A stretch of DNA of 60,342 nucleotides, the filler included. It is 8 parts of 8 records of this genome, joined end to end, with 100 filler letters (N's around TTAATTAATTAA, not from the genome) between each part and the next. Parts side by side here need not be neighbours in the genome. Positions count along the whole stretch, not along the records: positions 1 to 6,492 come from SRR31156797_67395; positions 6,593 to 11,687 come from SRR31156797_67481; 6 more parts are not named here. One strand, 5' to 3'. How positions within the stretch are numbered: position 1 is the first letter of the stretch; each line of letters begins with the position of its first letter. A program made the translations under genes and the position numbers. The notes under the pieces were generated by a model. It saw only the letters and a program-made list of their open reading frames with translations, did no database searches and was not told the DNA's origin. Below, one piece after another: positions 1 through 10,218 of the stretch.

Positions 1-54
1 ACAAGTTACCGAACAAGTTACCGAACAAGTCACCGAACAAGTTACCGTACAAGT
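1..54 (+). repeat. 12-bp coding tandem repeat (ACCGAACAAGTY), about 4.5 copies
   Basis: Directly visible; the contig begins inside the repeat. Confidence 0.9.
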
Positions 55-265
55 GCTTAAGCTATTAAACATTATGGGAGATGATGCTAGATCTACGAAT
101 GAGCTAATGCAATTGTTAGAGATAAAACATCGACCCACTTTTCTTTACAGTTACTTACAGCCTGCGATTGAGAAAGGATATGTAAAAATGACTATCCCTG
201 AAAAGCCTCAAAGTAGTAAACAACAGTATTTACTAACAGAAAAGGGAAAGAAAGCAATATTGTAA
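2..265 (+). CDS. C-terminal part (5'-truncated) of a Fic-family or ATP-binding protein with TEQV repeats and a C-terminal wHTH
   Basis: Frame is open from base 2: QVTEQVTEQVTEQVTVQV, then LMQLLEIKHRPTFLYSYLQPAIEKGYVKMTIPEKPQSSKQQYLLT, typical of the Fic-associated C-terminal HTH. Confidence 0.75.
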   Translation, partial: QVTEQVTEQVTEQVTVQVLKLLNIMGDDARSTNELMQLLEIKHRPTFLYSYLQPAIEKGYVKMTIPEKPQSSKQQYLLTEKGKKAIL

Positions 266-465
266 ATACTTTAATCATTGCTTTACTTTTCAACTCTGTT
301 TTCTCACGAATTAAACCGTATTATTTATCATTTTTTTATTCCTATAATTAACATTGAATCAATCTATTATATTCGATTGTCTAATTGTTCTCCTCTGGTT
401 CACCCCTTGTGATTTTATAATTGTTTAATAGGCTGAAAATAAGGTTTATGTATTTCGAAAATATG

Positions 466-747
466 AATCCCGCCGGAGTCACTAAAAGGCTTTTACCAAG
501 TGGTAGAAGCCTTTACTTTTTTACGGAAATTAAGTTGTTTGCCAACCCGTTAGGCGGGATCACGAGCAGCTCGTGTGGTGGGCTTTTGTGGGCGCGAGCT
601 AATCCGCCGGAGTCACTAAAAGGCTTTTACTTAATTGTAAAGGCCTTTACTTTTGTACCCTATTACATATTTGTTAACCCGGTAGGCGGGATCACGAGCG
701 GCTGGTGGGATTGGCTTTTGTGGGCGCGAGTAATCCGCCGGAGTCAC
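466..747. repeat. REP/BIME-like ~132-bp tandem intergenic repeat, about 2.2 copies
   Basis: CCGCCGGAGTCAC at 470, 604 and 735; AACCCGNTAGGCGGGATCACGAGC at 544 and 676; internal hairpins AAAGGCTTTTAC...GTARARGCCTTT. Confidence 0.8.
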
Positions 748-764
748 CATGCAGTTACGAGTGT

Positions 765-903
765 GAGTTTAGAGTTTAGAGTCTAGAGCTGCGAGTATAG
801 AATATAGTCTAGTGGAAGAGTTCAATTCTCATTGCTCAAACCTCAATACACAATACTCACAACTCAAACCTCAGTACTCAATACTCAAACCTCAAACCTC
901 AAT
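765..903. repeat. Degenerate 7-mer low-complexity repeats (GAGTTTA, then CTCAAAC/CTCAATA)
   Basis: Directly visible heptamer periodicity. Confidence 0.65.
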
Positions 904-1065
904 TCTGTTTTCTTTTTCGTATACAAAATTCCCCGACTTGTTGATTCTTATTGCTGCTTTTAACTAACAACACGACATTTGTAGTACCATAAAACCCTAC
1001 TTTATGAGGATTTGCCGGAGCATTGTTTCCTGTAATTTTGCCTCATAATCATTAAAACCCAAACT

Positions 1066-3426
1066 ATGAAAAACCTAAAATTTGTTTTTTTAACGTCATG
1101 CTTGTTTTTTGCGAGCTTTGCTTTTTCTCAGTCTAAATTTGTTACCCGTGTAATCTCCAAATCTTCTAATCAACCTCTGGAATATGCCATTGGCCAGCTT
1201 TATAATAATGATGACAGTGTGGTTGCACAAGCGGTTACCAATAGCAAAGGTAAATTAGAATTGGATAATTTAAGGCCAGGAAGTTATCATTTAAAAATGC
1301 AATATCTGGGATATGAAACGCAAAGTATTCCGGTTGAAATTAATAAATCTGGTAAAAATGAATTGACAAATATTGAGTTGAATCCAATGGATTATAAACT
1401 GGGAGAGGTCAATGTAACCGGAGAGTCTAATCCTGTTGAATTTCGCATCGATAAACAGGTAATCAATGTGAGCAAGCAACTGAGTGCTCAAGGTGGAACC
1501 GCAGCTGATGCTTTGCAACATTCTGCGGCAGTACAAGTGGATGCGGAGGGAAATGTGTCGCTGCGTGGTAGTGGAGACTTTTTATTGCTAATTGATGGCC
1601 GTCCAGGTGTATTGGATGCTTCTACCGTACTCACAACTATGCAATCTGATGCCATTGACCAGATAGAGATAATAACGAATCCCTCTGCCAAATATACTGC
1701 TGAAGGCAATACCGGTATTATAAACATCATTACAAAAAGTAAAAATTTTGAATCTACAAGTGGTATGGTGAATGCCATGGTGGCCACTGGTGAAAAGTAT
1801 GCAGTTTCTGCTCAAATGCAGTCGGGGTTAGGTAAGTTCAATGTATATGGTGGTGTGAATGCATCCAATAGACTTAAAATTAATGAAGATGATATTAAAC
1901 GTTATGACGATAATGACCCAAACTTTTTAGAAAGCTATAGTTCTGAGCGTGAAGTGTTGAAAGAGTCCTATGATGCCAATGTGGGTGTGGATGCAAAACT
2001 GAATGAAAGCAATATGTTGAAGCTTGATTTTCAATCTGGATCGTGGAAATACAGTCGTTTTGTTACTTCTACATTTCAATCTACAAACCTGGCAAATAGC
2101 GTGAATGCTACTGATGATTTTGCAGATGAAAACTTCTTTTATAAACCGGGCTTAAACTATGTGCATCAGTTCGATAAGGACCATAAGCTTACACTGGATG
2201 CTCAAATGAGTTATGTTGAAAATAAGATACCTGTGATTTATACGGAATTAGATCCATTTTACCGACGCGACAATTCCAATAAAGTGGATAAAATGCAAAG
2301 CGATGTTCGATTGGATTATGAATTGCCCATTGGCGAAAAAGCGAAGTTTGAATCGGGTTTGGCTTATCACGGATTTAATGGTGCTAACCACATAACTTAT
2401 CAAACACAAACAGGGTTAGGTAGTGATTGGGTAGTGGATGATAATCTAAGTAATAACTATGATTTTTTGACTGGTAATATGGCCGGTTATGCAATTTTTA
2501 ATACAGATGTTAATGCGTATAAGTTGCAGCTTGGCATAAGAGCAGAACTGAATCAACGCAAATTTTCAGGTCTTGCAGATAATTATCAAAAGGAAAAAGT
2601 TGATTGGTTTCCCTCTTTACATATCTCTCGCAACCTGACTAAAACCCAGAAAGTAGGATTTAGCTATAGCAGGCGGGTAAACAGACCAACTGAGTGGCAA
2701 TTGTATCCGGCGGTTTGGGCTGGAGACAGGTTGAACTTAGTGCAAGGAAATCCTGATTTGAAAGATGAGTTTAACCATTCTCTTGAGTTCAGTTATAGCT
2801 ATTTGTCCAAAAAATTACGAATGAATACGCAGCTTTATTATCAGCTCATTTCTGATCAGATATCCTCCTACGTTTTATATGATGGTGCCGATTTTATTAA
2901 TACATACGAGAACCTTATGGATGGATCGAGTTCAGGAATTGATGCAATGGTAAGTTATAACGCAATGCAATGGTTAAGCTTGTCGCTAAGTGCTTCCGGT
3001 TATCGTAACGATTGGAACGGAAAAACTCGTGATGATGTGAAACTGAAAGGAAGTACGTATGGCGCCATGTCAAATTTCAGGACTACCTTCAAATATAAAA
3101 AGAGCACAGTTTTTCAATTCATGGTAATTTATTATGCACCTCAAAACACCCCTCAGGGTGACATAGATGCTTTCTACTATTTTGATTTTATACTGAAGCA
3201 ATATTTCCTTGATAGAAAACTAAGCCTGATGCTTCGTACTCATAACACATTTGATACAGGAGTCATGAAATATAAAGTACGCAATGATCAATATCTGACT
3301 AAAGGAGACTATGTGTATGAAGGACCAACAGTAATGTTCAGTGTTTCTTATAAATTCAATAATTATAAGAAAAAGCAAGAAAGAGAAGGGTTTAAGTCTG
3401 ATTTTGATACTGGTTTAGACCATTAA
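1066..3426 (+). CDS. TonB-dependent receptor / outer-membrane beta-barrel protein
   Basis: Signal peptide, carboxypeptidase-regulatory-like N-domain, plug motif IEIITNPSAKYTAEGNTGIINII, barrel motifs FSYSRRVNRP and GNPDL. Confidence 0.9.
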   Translation: MKNLKFVFLTSCLFFASFAFSQSKFVTRVISKSSNQPLEYAIGQLYNNDDSVVAQAVTNSKGKLELDNLRPGSYHLKMQYLGYETQSIPVEINKSGKNELTNIELNPMDYKLGEVNVTGESNPVEFRIDKQVINVSKQLSAQGGTAADALQHSAAVQVDAEGNVSLRGSGDFLLLIDGRPGVLDASTVLTTMQSDAIDQIEIITNPSAKYTAEGNTGIINIITKSKNFESTSGMVNAMVATGEKYAVSAQMQSGLGKFNVYGGVNASNRLKINEDDIKRYDDNDPNFLESYSSEREVLKESYDANVGVDAKLNESNMLKLDFQSGSWKYSRFVTSTFQSTNLANSVNATDDFADENFFYKPGLNYVHQFDKDHKLTLDAQMSYVENKIPVIYTELDPFYRRDNSNKVDKMQSDVRLDYELPIGEKAKFESGLAYHGFNGANHITYQTQTGLGSDWVVDDNLSNNYDFLTGNMAGYAIFNTDVNAYKLQLGIRAELNQRKFSGLADNYQKEKVDWFPSLHISRNLTKTQKVGFSYSRRVNRPTEWQLYPAVWAGDRLNLVQGNPDLKDEFNHSLEFSYSYLSKKLRMNTQLYYQLISDQISSYVLYDGADFINTYENLMDGSSSGIDAMVSYNAMQWLSLSLSASGYRNDWNGKTRDDVKLKGSTYGAMSNFRTTFKYKKSTVFQFMVIYYAPQNTPQGDIDAFYYFDFILKQYFLDRKLSLMLRTHNTFDTGVMKYKVRNDQYLTKGDYVYEGPTVMFSVSYKFNNYKKKQEREGFKSDFDTGLDH

Positions 3427-3429
3427 GTA

Positions 3430-3552
3430 GTCTTTGCAAGAAAACCCCAAATACTGCGTTATGCTAATTTTTGAAACAGTCACTTACATCAGTAAACTCC
3501 TTGATTTCAAAAATATAGCAGGCCTTGTATTTGTGCTCTTCTTATCAAAGAC
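3430..3552. repeat. 123-bp imperfect long inverted repeat (REP/MITE-like)
   Basis: Arms GTCTTTG..AAATAC..TGCTA.TTTTTGAAA pair with TTTCAAAAA.TAGCA..GTATTT..CAAAGAC. Confidence 0.65.
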
Positions 3553-3613
3553 GTATTAATAGATGTTTAGTTTTGGAATATTTGGTTTCAATTTACTAAC
3601 TATAATATTAAAG

Positions 3614-5023
3614 ATGATGAAAAATATTTTACTTTTTGTTCTGGTGCTTCAATTAATACAATCTCAATTAATTGCATGTACTATTATATTCTCAAATGAT
3701 GGTAAAAATGTATATGTAGGTAATAATGAGGATTTTCTTAATGATATAAAGTCAAAGATATGGTTTGTGCCCGCTACTGCTAAAAAGTATGGAGCTGCCT
3801 ATTGGGGCTTTAATTATTTTCCGTTTAAAGCTGAAAGGATTCCTCAGGGAGGAATGAATGAGTATGGATTGTTTTTCGATAAAACATCGGTTCCTGAGAA
3901 GGCACTCAAGATGGATAAAGATAAACGCAACGCAGGTGCTTTTTATTTAAGTCGGATTTTAGAGCGCTGCAAAACCGTGGATGAGGCCATTGAAATGATT
4001 CAAACGCGAAATTTAAAACATTTCACAAAAGGTCAGATCTTATTAGCCGATAAAACCGGGAATTATGCCATAATTGACAATAATATCATTACAAAAAAGA
4101 CTAAAAATTATGCTGTGGTCACTAATTTCAGGGTTTCTGAACCGGAGTTGGGCGGGTTTCCATCGCAAAAATATAGCAGTGCAGTAAATATGTTTGAAAG
4201 TAATAAAGAAGCTACTGTAGAAAATTTTAAAAGCATATTAAATGAAGTGCACCAAGTAGGATCGAAATACTCAACCATATATTCTCAAATTTGTGATTTG
4301 AAAAATGGTAAAATCAATTTGTATTATTTTCACAACTTTGAGCATAGTAAAACATTTGATTTACTGGAGGAGTTGAAAAAAGGAAAACATGCGTATTACA
4401 TAGCTGATTTGTTTCCCGCGAGAGTATTTCCTATGATTTATGAAACATACTTGTCATCGGGTTTGGATGCAGCACTTTCGAATTTGGATCAGTTTAATAT
4501 TCAGCAATATTGTTTTTCTGAAAGTGAATTGTATTTTTTCGCCCATCATTTGTTTGAACACTTTCTGTATGATAATACAATACAGGTGTGTGATACGATT
4601 TTAACTTATTTTCCCGAATCAGATGAGGCATTATTGCTAAAAGCAAAATGTATGGTTTCTAAGAATGAATTAGAAAAGTCAATACAGTTAGTAAAGCAAT
4701 CATTTCAAATTAATCCTTTTAACTTTTCGGCTGGAAGAATTATCCAGCAGTTAGACAATCCAAAGAAAGATGGTAATACTCATTTCAAATTGAAAGGGTT
4801 TGAGGATGCTACGTTTGTTACTATCGTTATGAGCACAGAAAATTGGGAAGATTTGTACCACATCATGTATCGCGATGGCGATTCCTGGAAATACTCAGTT
4901 GATTTGCCAAAGGGACATTACGAGTACATTTATAAAGTTGATGGCAAATTCGTGTTGGATCCATCCGTTTCGAACACAAAGGTTTATCCTACAACAATTG
5001 TGATGTTACTGGAGAAGGAGTAG
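3614..5023 (+). CDS. Secreted Ntn-hydrolase (choloylglycine hydrolase/C45-like) fused to TPR and a CBM48/AMPK-like domain
   Basis: Signal peptide then nucleophile CTII..GNNED; GGMNEYGL; TNF; STIYSQICDL; C-terminal LPKGHYEYIYKVDGKFVLDP. Confidence 0.75.
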   Translation: MMKNILLFVLVLQLIQSQLIACTIIFSNDGKNVYVGNNEDFLNDIKSKIWFVPATAKKYGAAYWGFNYFPFKAERIPQGGMNEYGLFFDKTSVPEKALKMDKDKRNAGAFYLSRILERCKTVDEAIEMIQTRNLKHFTKGQILLADKTGNYAIIDNNIITKKTKNYAVVTNFRVSEPELGGFPSQKYSSAVNMFESNKEATVENFKSILNEVHQVGSKYSTIYSQICDLKNGKINLYYFHNFEHSKTFDLLEELKKGKHAYYIADLFPARVFPMIYETYLSSGLDAALSNLDQFNIQQYCFSESELYFFAHHLFEHFLYDNTIQVCDTILTYFPESDEALLLKAKCMVSKNELEKSIQLVKQSFQINPFNFSAGRIIQQLDNPKKDGNTHFKLKGFEDATFVTIVMSTENWEDLYHIMYRDGDSWKYSVDLPKGHYEYIYKVDGKFVLDPSVSNTKVYPTTIVMLLEKE

Positions 5024-5229
5024 GGGCGTTTTTATTCCGGTTTCAACAACCTCTTCACACAAAACTGACATATTATATCGCCCCTAAAGAATTTGTGCAA
5101 TTTGGTGGGGATGATTTGGACAGCGGTGTGAAACCTTGAGAAAATATCTTAACTTTTTCTCTTATAGTGAATAACTGTTTAATTTTTTGCATACATTTCG
5201 TTCAAATTATTATTATATATTTTAGCAAA

Positions 5230-6492
5230 ATGCAAATTGATAATATTGAAATTACTTTCCTCAAAATTGATGATTATGAGGATGTTAAGAGTGCGATGAT
5301 TGAGGTGTATGCCAATATAGAATATTCATATTGGAACGAGGCTCATATTAAAAAGCTTATTCGGAAGTTTCCGGAAGGGCAGGTGGCGATAAAAATCGAT
5401 GGTGAATTGGCCGGCTGTGCGCTTTCAATTATGGTTGACTTCGATAAATTTAATTTAAAGCATACATACAAAGAAATTACTGGTAATTATACTTTTGATA
5501 CACATGATGATAAGGGTGATTTTTTGTATGGAATCGATATTTTTATTCGACCTAAATACCGTGGATTGAGACTTGGTCGCAGGTTGTATGATTATCGTAA
5601 GGAGCTATGCGAGAGATTAAACCTTAAAGGCGTGCTTTTCGGTGGACGAATTCCCAATTATCACAAATTTGCTGATGAAATTACCCCAAAAGAATACATA
5701 GAGAAGGTGAGGAAAAAGGAGATACACGATCCGGTGTTTAATTTTCAAATGTCCAATGATTTCCACCCTAAAGCAATTCTAAAGGGTTACCTCGAAGGAG
5801 ATAGTGAATCTAATGAGTATGCAGTGTTGTTGGAATGGCGCAATGTGTATTATGAAAAGCCAAGTAAAGAAGTTTCTGTGCAGAAAAAAATTATTAGGTT
5901 GGGTTTAGTTCAATGGCAAATGAGGCTTTACGCTGATTTGGATGAATTAATGCAGCAGGTAGAATATTTTGTGGATGCGGTTTCCGGTTATAGATCAGAT
6001 TTTGCACTTTTTCCGGAATTTTTTAATGCCCCGCTCATGTCTGAGTATAACCATTTGAGCGAGCCTGAAGCCATTCGAAAGTTGGCAGAGTTTACACCGG
6101 AAATAGTGAATCGTTTCGGAAAATTGTCTATTGCTTATAATATCAATATTATTACGGGAAGTATGCCCGAAATAGTAGGTGATGAACTATTAAATGTTGG
6201 TTATCTCTGTAAAAGGGATGGAGGAATTGAGCGTTTTGAAAAGCTTCATGTAACGCCAGATGAACACAAGGTTTGGGGTATGCGTGGAGGTAATATGCTT
6301 AAAACTTTTGATACGGATTGTGGTAAAATAGGCATATTGATTTGTTATGATGTTGAGTTTCCGGAATTGAGCAGGATATTATCTGATCGAGGAATGGATA
6401 TTTTATTTGTGCCATTTTTGACAGATACGCAAAACGGATATTCACGTGTCCGCAATTGTGCCCAAGCCAGAGCTATTGAAAATGAATGCTAT
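5230..6492 (+). CDS. Bifunctional GNAT acetyltransferase / carbon-nitrogen hydrolase (3'-truncated)
   Basis: GNAT motif YRGLRLGRRLY; nitrilase triad motifs FPEFF, EKLH, ICYDVEFPE. Confidence 0.9.
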
Positions 6493-6592
6493 NNNNNNNN
6501 NNNNNNNNNNNNNNNNNNNNNNNNNNNNNNNNNNNNTTAATTAATTAANNNNNNNNNNNNNNNNNNNNNNNNNNNNNNNNNNNNNNNNNNNN
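6493..6592. other. Artificial contig linker (Ns with TTAATTAATTAA); identical linkers at 11688-11787, 16969-17068, 23912-24011, 29234-29333, 40520-40619 and 50137-50236
   Basis: Identical 100-nt structure with six-frame stops; composition and gene style change across the linkers. Confidence 0.98.
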
Positions 6593-6593
6593 A

Positions 6594-8957
6594 GTTGTAG
6601 AAGATGTAAATGAGTGTCTATTTTATGGACTTGGAGCAGATGGAACTGTTGGAGCAAATAAAAACTCAGTAAAGATTATAGGTGATAAAACTGAGCTTTA
6701 TGCACAAGCATATTTTGCTTATGATTCTAAAAAAAGTGGTGGTTATACAAGGTCACATTTAAGATTTAGTAAGAACCCTATTCGTTCAACCTATCTTGTA
6801 TCAAATCCAAGTTTTGTAGCCTGTTCAAAAGAGGTTTATTTAGAACAATATGAAGTTGTAGATAAACTAAAAGAGAATGGTACTTTTTTATTAAACTCTA
6901 TTCACTCAAAAGATGAGATAGAGAGTAAAATTCCAAATAGAGTTAAAAAAATACTTGCTGATAAAAACATCAAGTTTTATATCATAAATGCTACAAAGCT
7001 AGCTCATGATATTGGACTTGGAAATAGAACAAATACTATAATGCAAGCTGCCTTTTTCAAGTTAGCAAATATCATTCCCTATGAAGAAGCAAAAGAGTAT
7101 ATGAAAGAGTATGCAAAAAAAGCTTATGGAAACAAAGGTGAAGAGATAGTTAGAATGAACTATCTTGCAATTGACCAAGGGGAGCATGGTGTTGAAGAGG
7201 TTGAAGTAAAACAACAGTGGACAGAGTATGAAGCTAAAGAGCTTGTGATAAATAGTGATTACAAAGGTTCTCAATATGTAGAAAACTTTGCAAAAATTGT
7301 TAATGCTGCAAAAGGTGATGAAATACCAGTTTCTACAATAGTAGAACTTGGAATGGAATGTGGTACCTTTGAAAATGGTTCAACTAAATATGAAAAAAGA
7401 GGAATTGCAACTATGGTTCCTCAATGGAATGAAGATACCTGTATTCAGTGTAATCAATGTGCCTTTGAGTGTCCACATGCTGTTATTAGACCATTTTTAT
7501 TAGATGAAAAAGAGTATGAGAATGCTCCAAATGGAGTAAAAGAACACTCACTTGATGCAAAAGGAAAAGAGTTTAAAGGCAAAGACTTAAAATATAAAAT
7601 CCAAGTATCTATTCTAGATTGTACTGGTTGTAATATCTGTGTTGATATTTGTCCTACAAAAGAGAAGTCTTTAAAAATGGTTCCATATGGTGTTGAAGAT
7701 GAAAATAATGAACAAGAAAATGCTGACTATTTATTTAATGACGTATCTTATAAAGACTATTTAGTAGAAAAAAACAATGTAAAAAACTCACAATTTGCAC
7801 AACCACTTTTTGAGTACCACTCAGCTTGTCCAGGTTGTGGAGAAACTCCATATATCACTCTAGCAACACAACTGTTTGGTGATAGAATGATGATTGCAAA
7901 TGCTACGGGATGTTCTTCTATTTATTCTGCTTCTGCTCCATCAACACCTTATACTAAAAATGAAAAAGGTGAAGGTCCTGCATGGGCAAACTCTTTATTT
8001 GAAGATACTGCTGAATTTGGATATGGAATGCATGCAGCAAATGAGACTATTAGAAATAGAATTGCAAGAATTATGCTAAAGAGTATGGATGAAGTATCAA
8101 ACCCTCTTAAAGTACTTTATAAAGAGTGGCTAGAGCATAGAAACAATGGAGTTAAAACTCAAGAGATAAGAGATAAACTTGTGCCTCAACTTGAAAATAA
8201 TCAAGACCAAAATGGAGTGAAAGAGTTACTATCTCTAAAAAAATATCTTGTAAGAAAATCACAATGGATGATTGGTGGAGATGGTTGGGCTTATGATATT
8301 GGATATGGTGGAGTTGACCATGTTTTATCAACGGGTGAAAATGTAAATATCTTAGTTGTAGACACTGAGGTTTATTCAAATACTGGTGGACAATCATCTA
8401 AAGCTGCAAGAGCTGGTTCTATTGCTGATTTTACAAATGATGGTAAACCAAATGCTAAAAAAGATTTAGGCTATATCTCTATGACATATGGAAATATCTA
8501 TGTAGCCCAAATAAACTCAAGGGCAAATCAAAAGCAAGCAGTACAAGCTATGAAAGAAGCAGAGGCTTATGATGGACCATCTCTAATCATCTGTTACTCT
8601 CCATGTATTGCCCACGGCATTCAAGGTGGACTTATGAAATCAGTTGAGCAAGGACAACTTGCAACTGATTGTGGATACTGGCCTATATATACTTTTGACC
8701 CAAGAAAAATAGATGAAGGTCAAAATCCTATTAAAATATATGGGAAAAAACCAAATTGGGATAGATATGAAGAGTTCTTACTAAGAGAGAACAGATATAG
8801 GTCTTTAAAGAAACTAAACCCAGAGCATGCCGATGAACTATTAAATAAAAACCAGAAAGATGCTCAATATAGATATAGACAACTTCAAAGATGGGCTTCT
8901 ATGGATTATAGTGATGAACTAGAAGTAAGTGTTATAGAAGAGGCTAAGGTTGAATAA
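6594..8957 (+). CDS. nifJ: Pyruvate:ferredoxin/flavodoxin oxidoreductase, single chain (5'-truncated)
   Basis: Frame is open from 6594 (YGLGADGTVGANKNS, YDSKKSGG); two ferredoxin motifs; ACPGCGE; GGDGWAYDIG TPP motif. Confidence 0.96.
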   Translation, partial: VVEDVNECLFYGLGADGTVGANKNSVKIIGDKTELYAQAYFAYDSKKSGGYTRSHLRFSKNPIRSTYLVSNPSFVACSKEVYLEQYEVVDKLKENGTFLLNSIHSKDEIESKIPNRVKKILADKNIKFYIINATKLAHDIGLGNRTNTIMQAAFFKLANIIPYEEAKEYMKEYAKKAYGNKGEEIVRMNYLAIDQGEHGVEEVEVKQQWTEYEAKELVINSDYKGSQYVENFAKIVNAAKGDEIPVSTIVELGMECGTFENGSTKYEKRGIATMVPQWNEDTCIQCNQCAFECPHAVIRPFLLDEKEYENAPNGVKEHSLDAKGKEFKGKDLKYKIQVSILDCTGCNICVDICPTKEKSLKMVPYGVEDENNEQENADYLFNDVSYKDYLVEKNNVKNSQFAQPLFEYHSACPGCGETPYITLATQLFGDRMMIANATGCSSIYSASAPSTPYTKNEKGEGPAWANSLFEDTAEFGYGMHAANETIRNRIARIMLKSMDEVSNPLKVLYKEWLEHRNNGVKTQEIRDKLVPQLENNQDQNGVKELLSLKKYLVRKSQWMIGGDGWAYDIGYGGVDHVLSTGENVNILVVDTEVYSNTGGQSSKAARAGSIADFTNDGKPNAKKDLGYISMTYGNIYVAQINSRANQKQAVQAMKEAEAYDGPSLIICYSPCIAHGIQGGLMKSVEQGQLATDCGYWPIYTFDPRKIDEGQNPIKIYGKKPNWDRYEEFLLRENRYRSLKKLNPEHADELLNKNQKDAQYRYRQLQRWASMDYSDELEVSVIEEAKVE

Positions 8958-9053
8958 CCTTAGTCTACTGTCTATACAAAAGATTAAAAACTATACAACT
9001 AAATTTACACGACTTTTTACTAACTTGATATACTAAAATAAAAAAGGTTAGCA

Positions 9054-9428
9054 ATGAGCCTATTTAATATATCAATAAAAGAGACTCTAAAAAGAGATAA
9101 ACATGAGTTCTTAGACTCTTTATACACAAAACTATTAGACAACAATGACTATGAATCAATCAAAGGAAAAAATAGTTTTGAAATCAATAAATGTAGACTA
9201 AATACTTTTCTTAGCTTTAATACAAAAGTCTTAATTGACTCAAAAGAGATTCAAGTAGATGCAGAACTACATGATACACTTCTTTTAACTATTATTATAG
9301 TTCTTGCAATTTTATTGACCTATGGAATTGGAGTTGTTATAGTAGTTGCATTTGCATACTTACAAAAAAGAAAAGCAGAAGCTTATCTAAAAGATATTAT
9401 TTCAAAAGTCAATATAAACAATAACTAA
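9054..9428 (+). CDS. Hypothetical membrane protein
   Basis: RBS AAGG; C-terminal hydrophobic hairpin. Confidence 0.7.
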   Translation: MSLFNISIKETLKRDKHEFLDSLYTKLLDNNDYESIKGKNSFEINKCRLNTFLSFNTKVLIDSKEIQVDAELHDTLLLTIIIVLAILLTYGIGVVIVVAFAYLQKRKAEAYLKDIISKVNINNN

Positions 9429-9496
9429 AATCTATTTTGGATATTTTTTAGACAGTTATTCTAAAACCCATAGTCTATATTCTGTTATACTGATAT

Positions 9497-9620
9497 TATG
9501 TTTTTAAGAGATAGCAGCCTCTTAAAATTCAATATCATATCAAATAGCCTACCCGTCAAGTACTCCTACTTCTAACATCGTCCTTTCTAAAGCTATTTGA
9601 TATGATAAATACTACTTTTT
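9497..9620 (+). ncRNA. Candidate small RNA with two hairpins and an anti-SD-rich loop
   Basis: Extended -10 TGtTATACT at 9483-9491; stem 9502-9510/9519-9527; perfect 16-bp stem 9533-9548/9592-9607; T-run after it. Confidence 0.45.
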
Positions 9621-9689
9621 AATACTAATCACCCATTTAACTTTATTTAGCTAAAATCCAAAAATAATTACAAAAGAAAGGTTTATAAA

Positions 9690-10205
9690 ATGCCATTATT
9701 AGATAGTTTTAGAGTTGACCACACAATTATGCCAGCACCAGCGGTAAGAGTTGCAAAGACTATGAAGTCACCATCTGGTGATATTATCACAGTATTTGAT
9801 TTAAGATTCTGTGTACCAAATGAAAAAATGTTAGGGGAAAAAGGTATTCACACTTTAGAGCACCTTTTTGCAGGATTTATTAGAGAGCATTTAAACTCTG
9901 ATACAGTAGAAATCATTGATGTATCTCCTATGGGTTGTAGAACTGGTTTTTATATGAGTTTATTAGGAGCTCCAAGTGAAGAGCAAGTTGCAACTGCATG
10001 GAAACAAGCTATGGAAGATGTATTAAATGTACAATCACAAAATGATATTCCAGAGTTAAATGAGTTCCAATGTGGTACTTATAAAATGCACTCACTTGAT
10101 GAAGCAAAAGAGATTGCACAAGATATTTTAAACCAAAACATTGGTGTAATGTCAAATAAAGAACTTTTCCTTTCAGAAGAGAAGTTAAACTCTTTAGGAA
10201 ACTAA
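9690..10205 (+). CDS. luxS: S-ribosylhomocysteine lyase
   Basis: [33 protein letters not shown] motifs. Confidence 0.98.
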   Translation: MPLLDSFRVDHTIMPAPAVRVAKTMKSPSGDIITVFDLRFCVPNEKMLGEKGIHTLEHLFAGFIREHLNSDTVEIIDVSPMGCRTGFYMSLLGAPSEEQVATAWKQAMEDVLNVQSQNDIPELNEFQCGTYKMHSLDEAKEIAQDILNQNIGVMSNKELFLSEEKLNSLGN

Positions 10206-10218
10206 TACTAAGCCCTTC

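Noticed and set aside
421-786. 121-aa ORF
   Set aside because: It is a translation of the REP-like tandem repeat; TTG start and no protein features
9430-9689. SAM/SAH riboswitch upstream of luxS
   Set aside because: No recognisable aptamer consensus; kept only as an sRNA candidate
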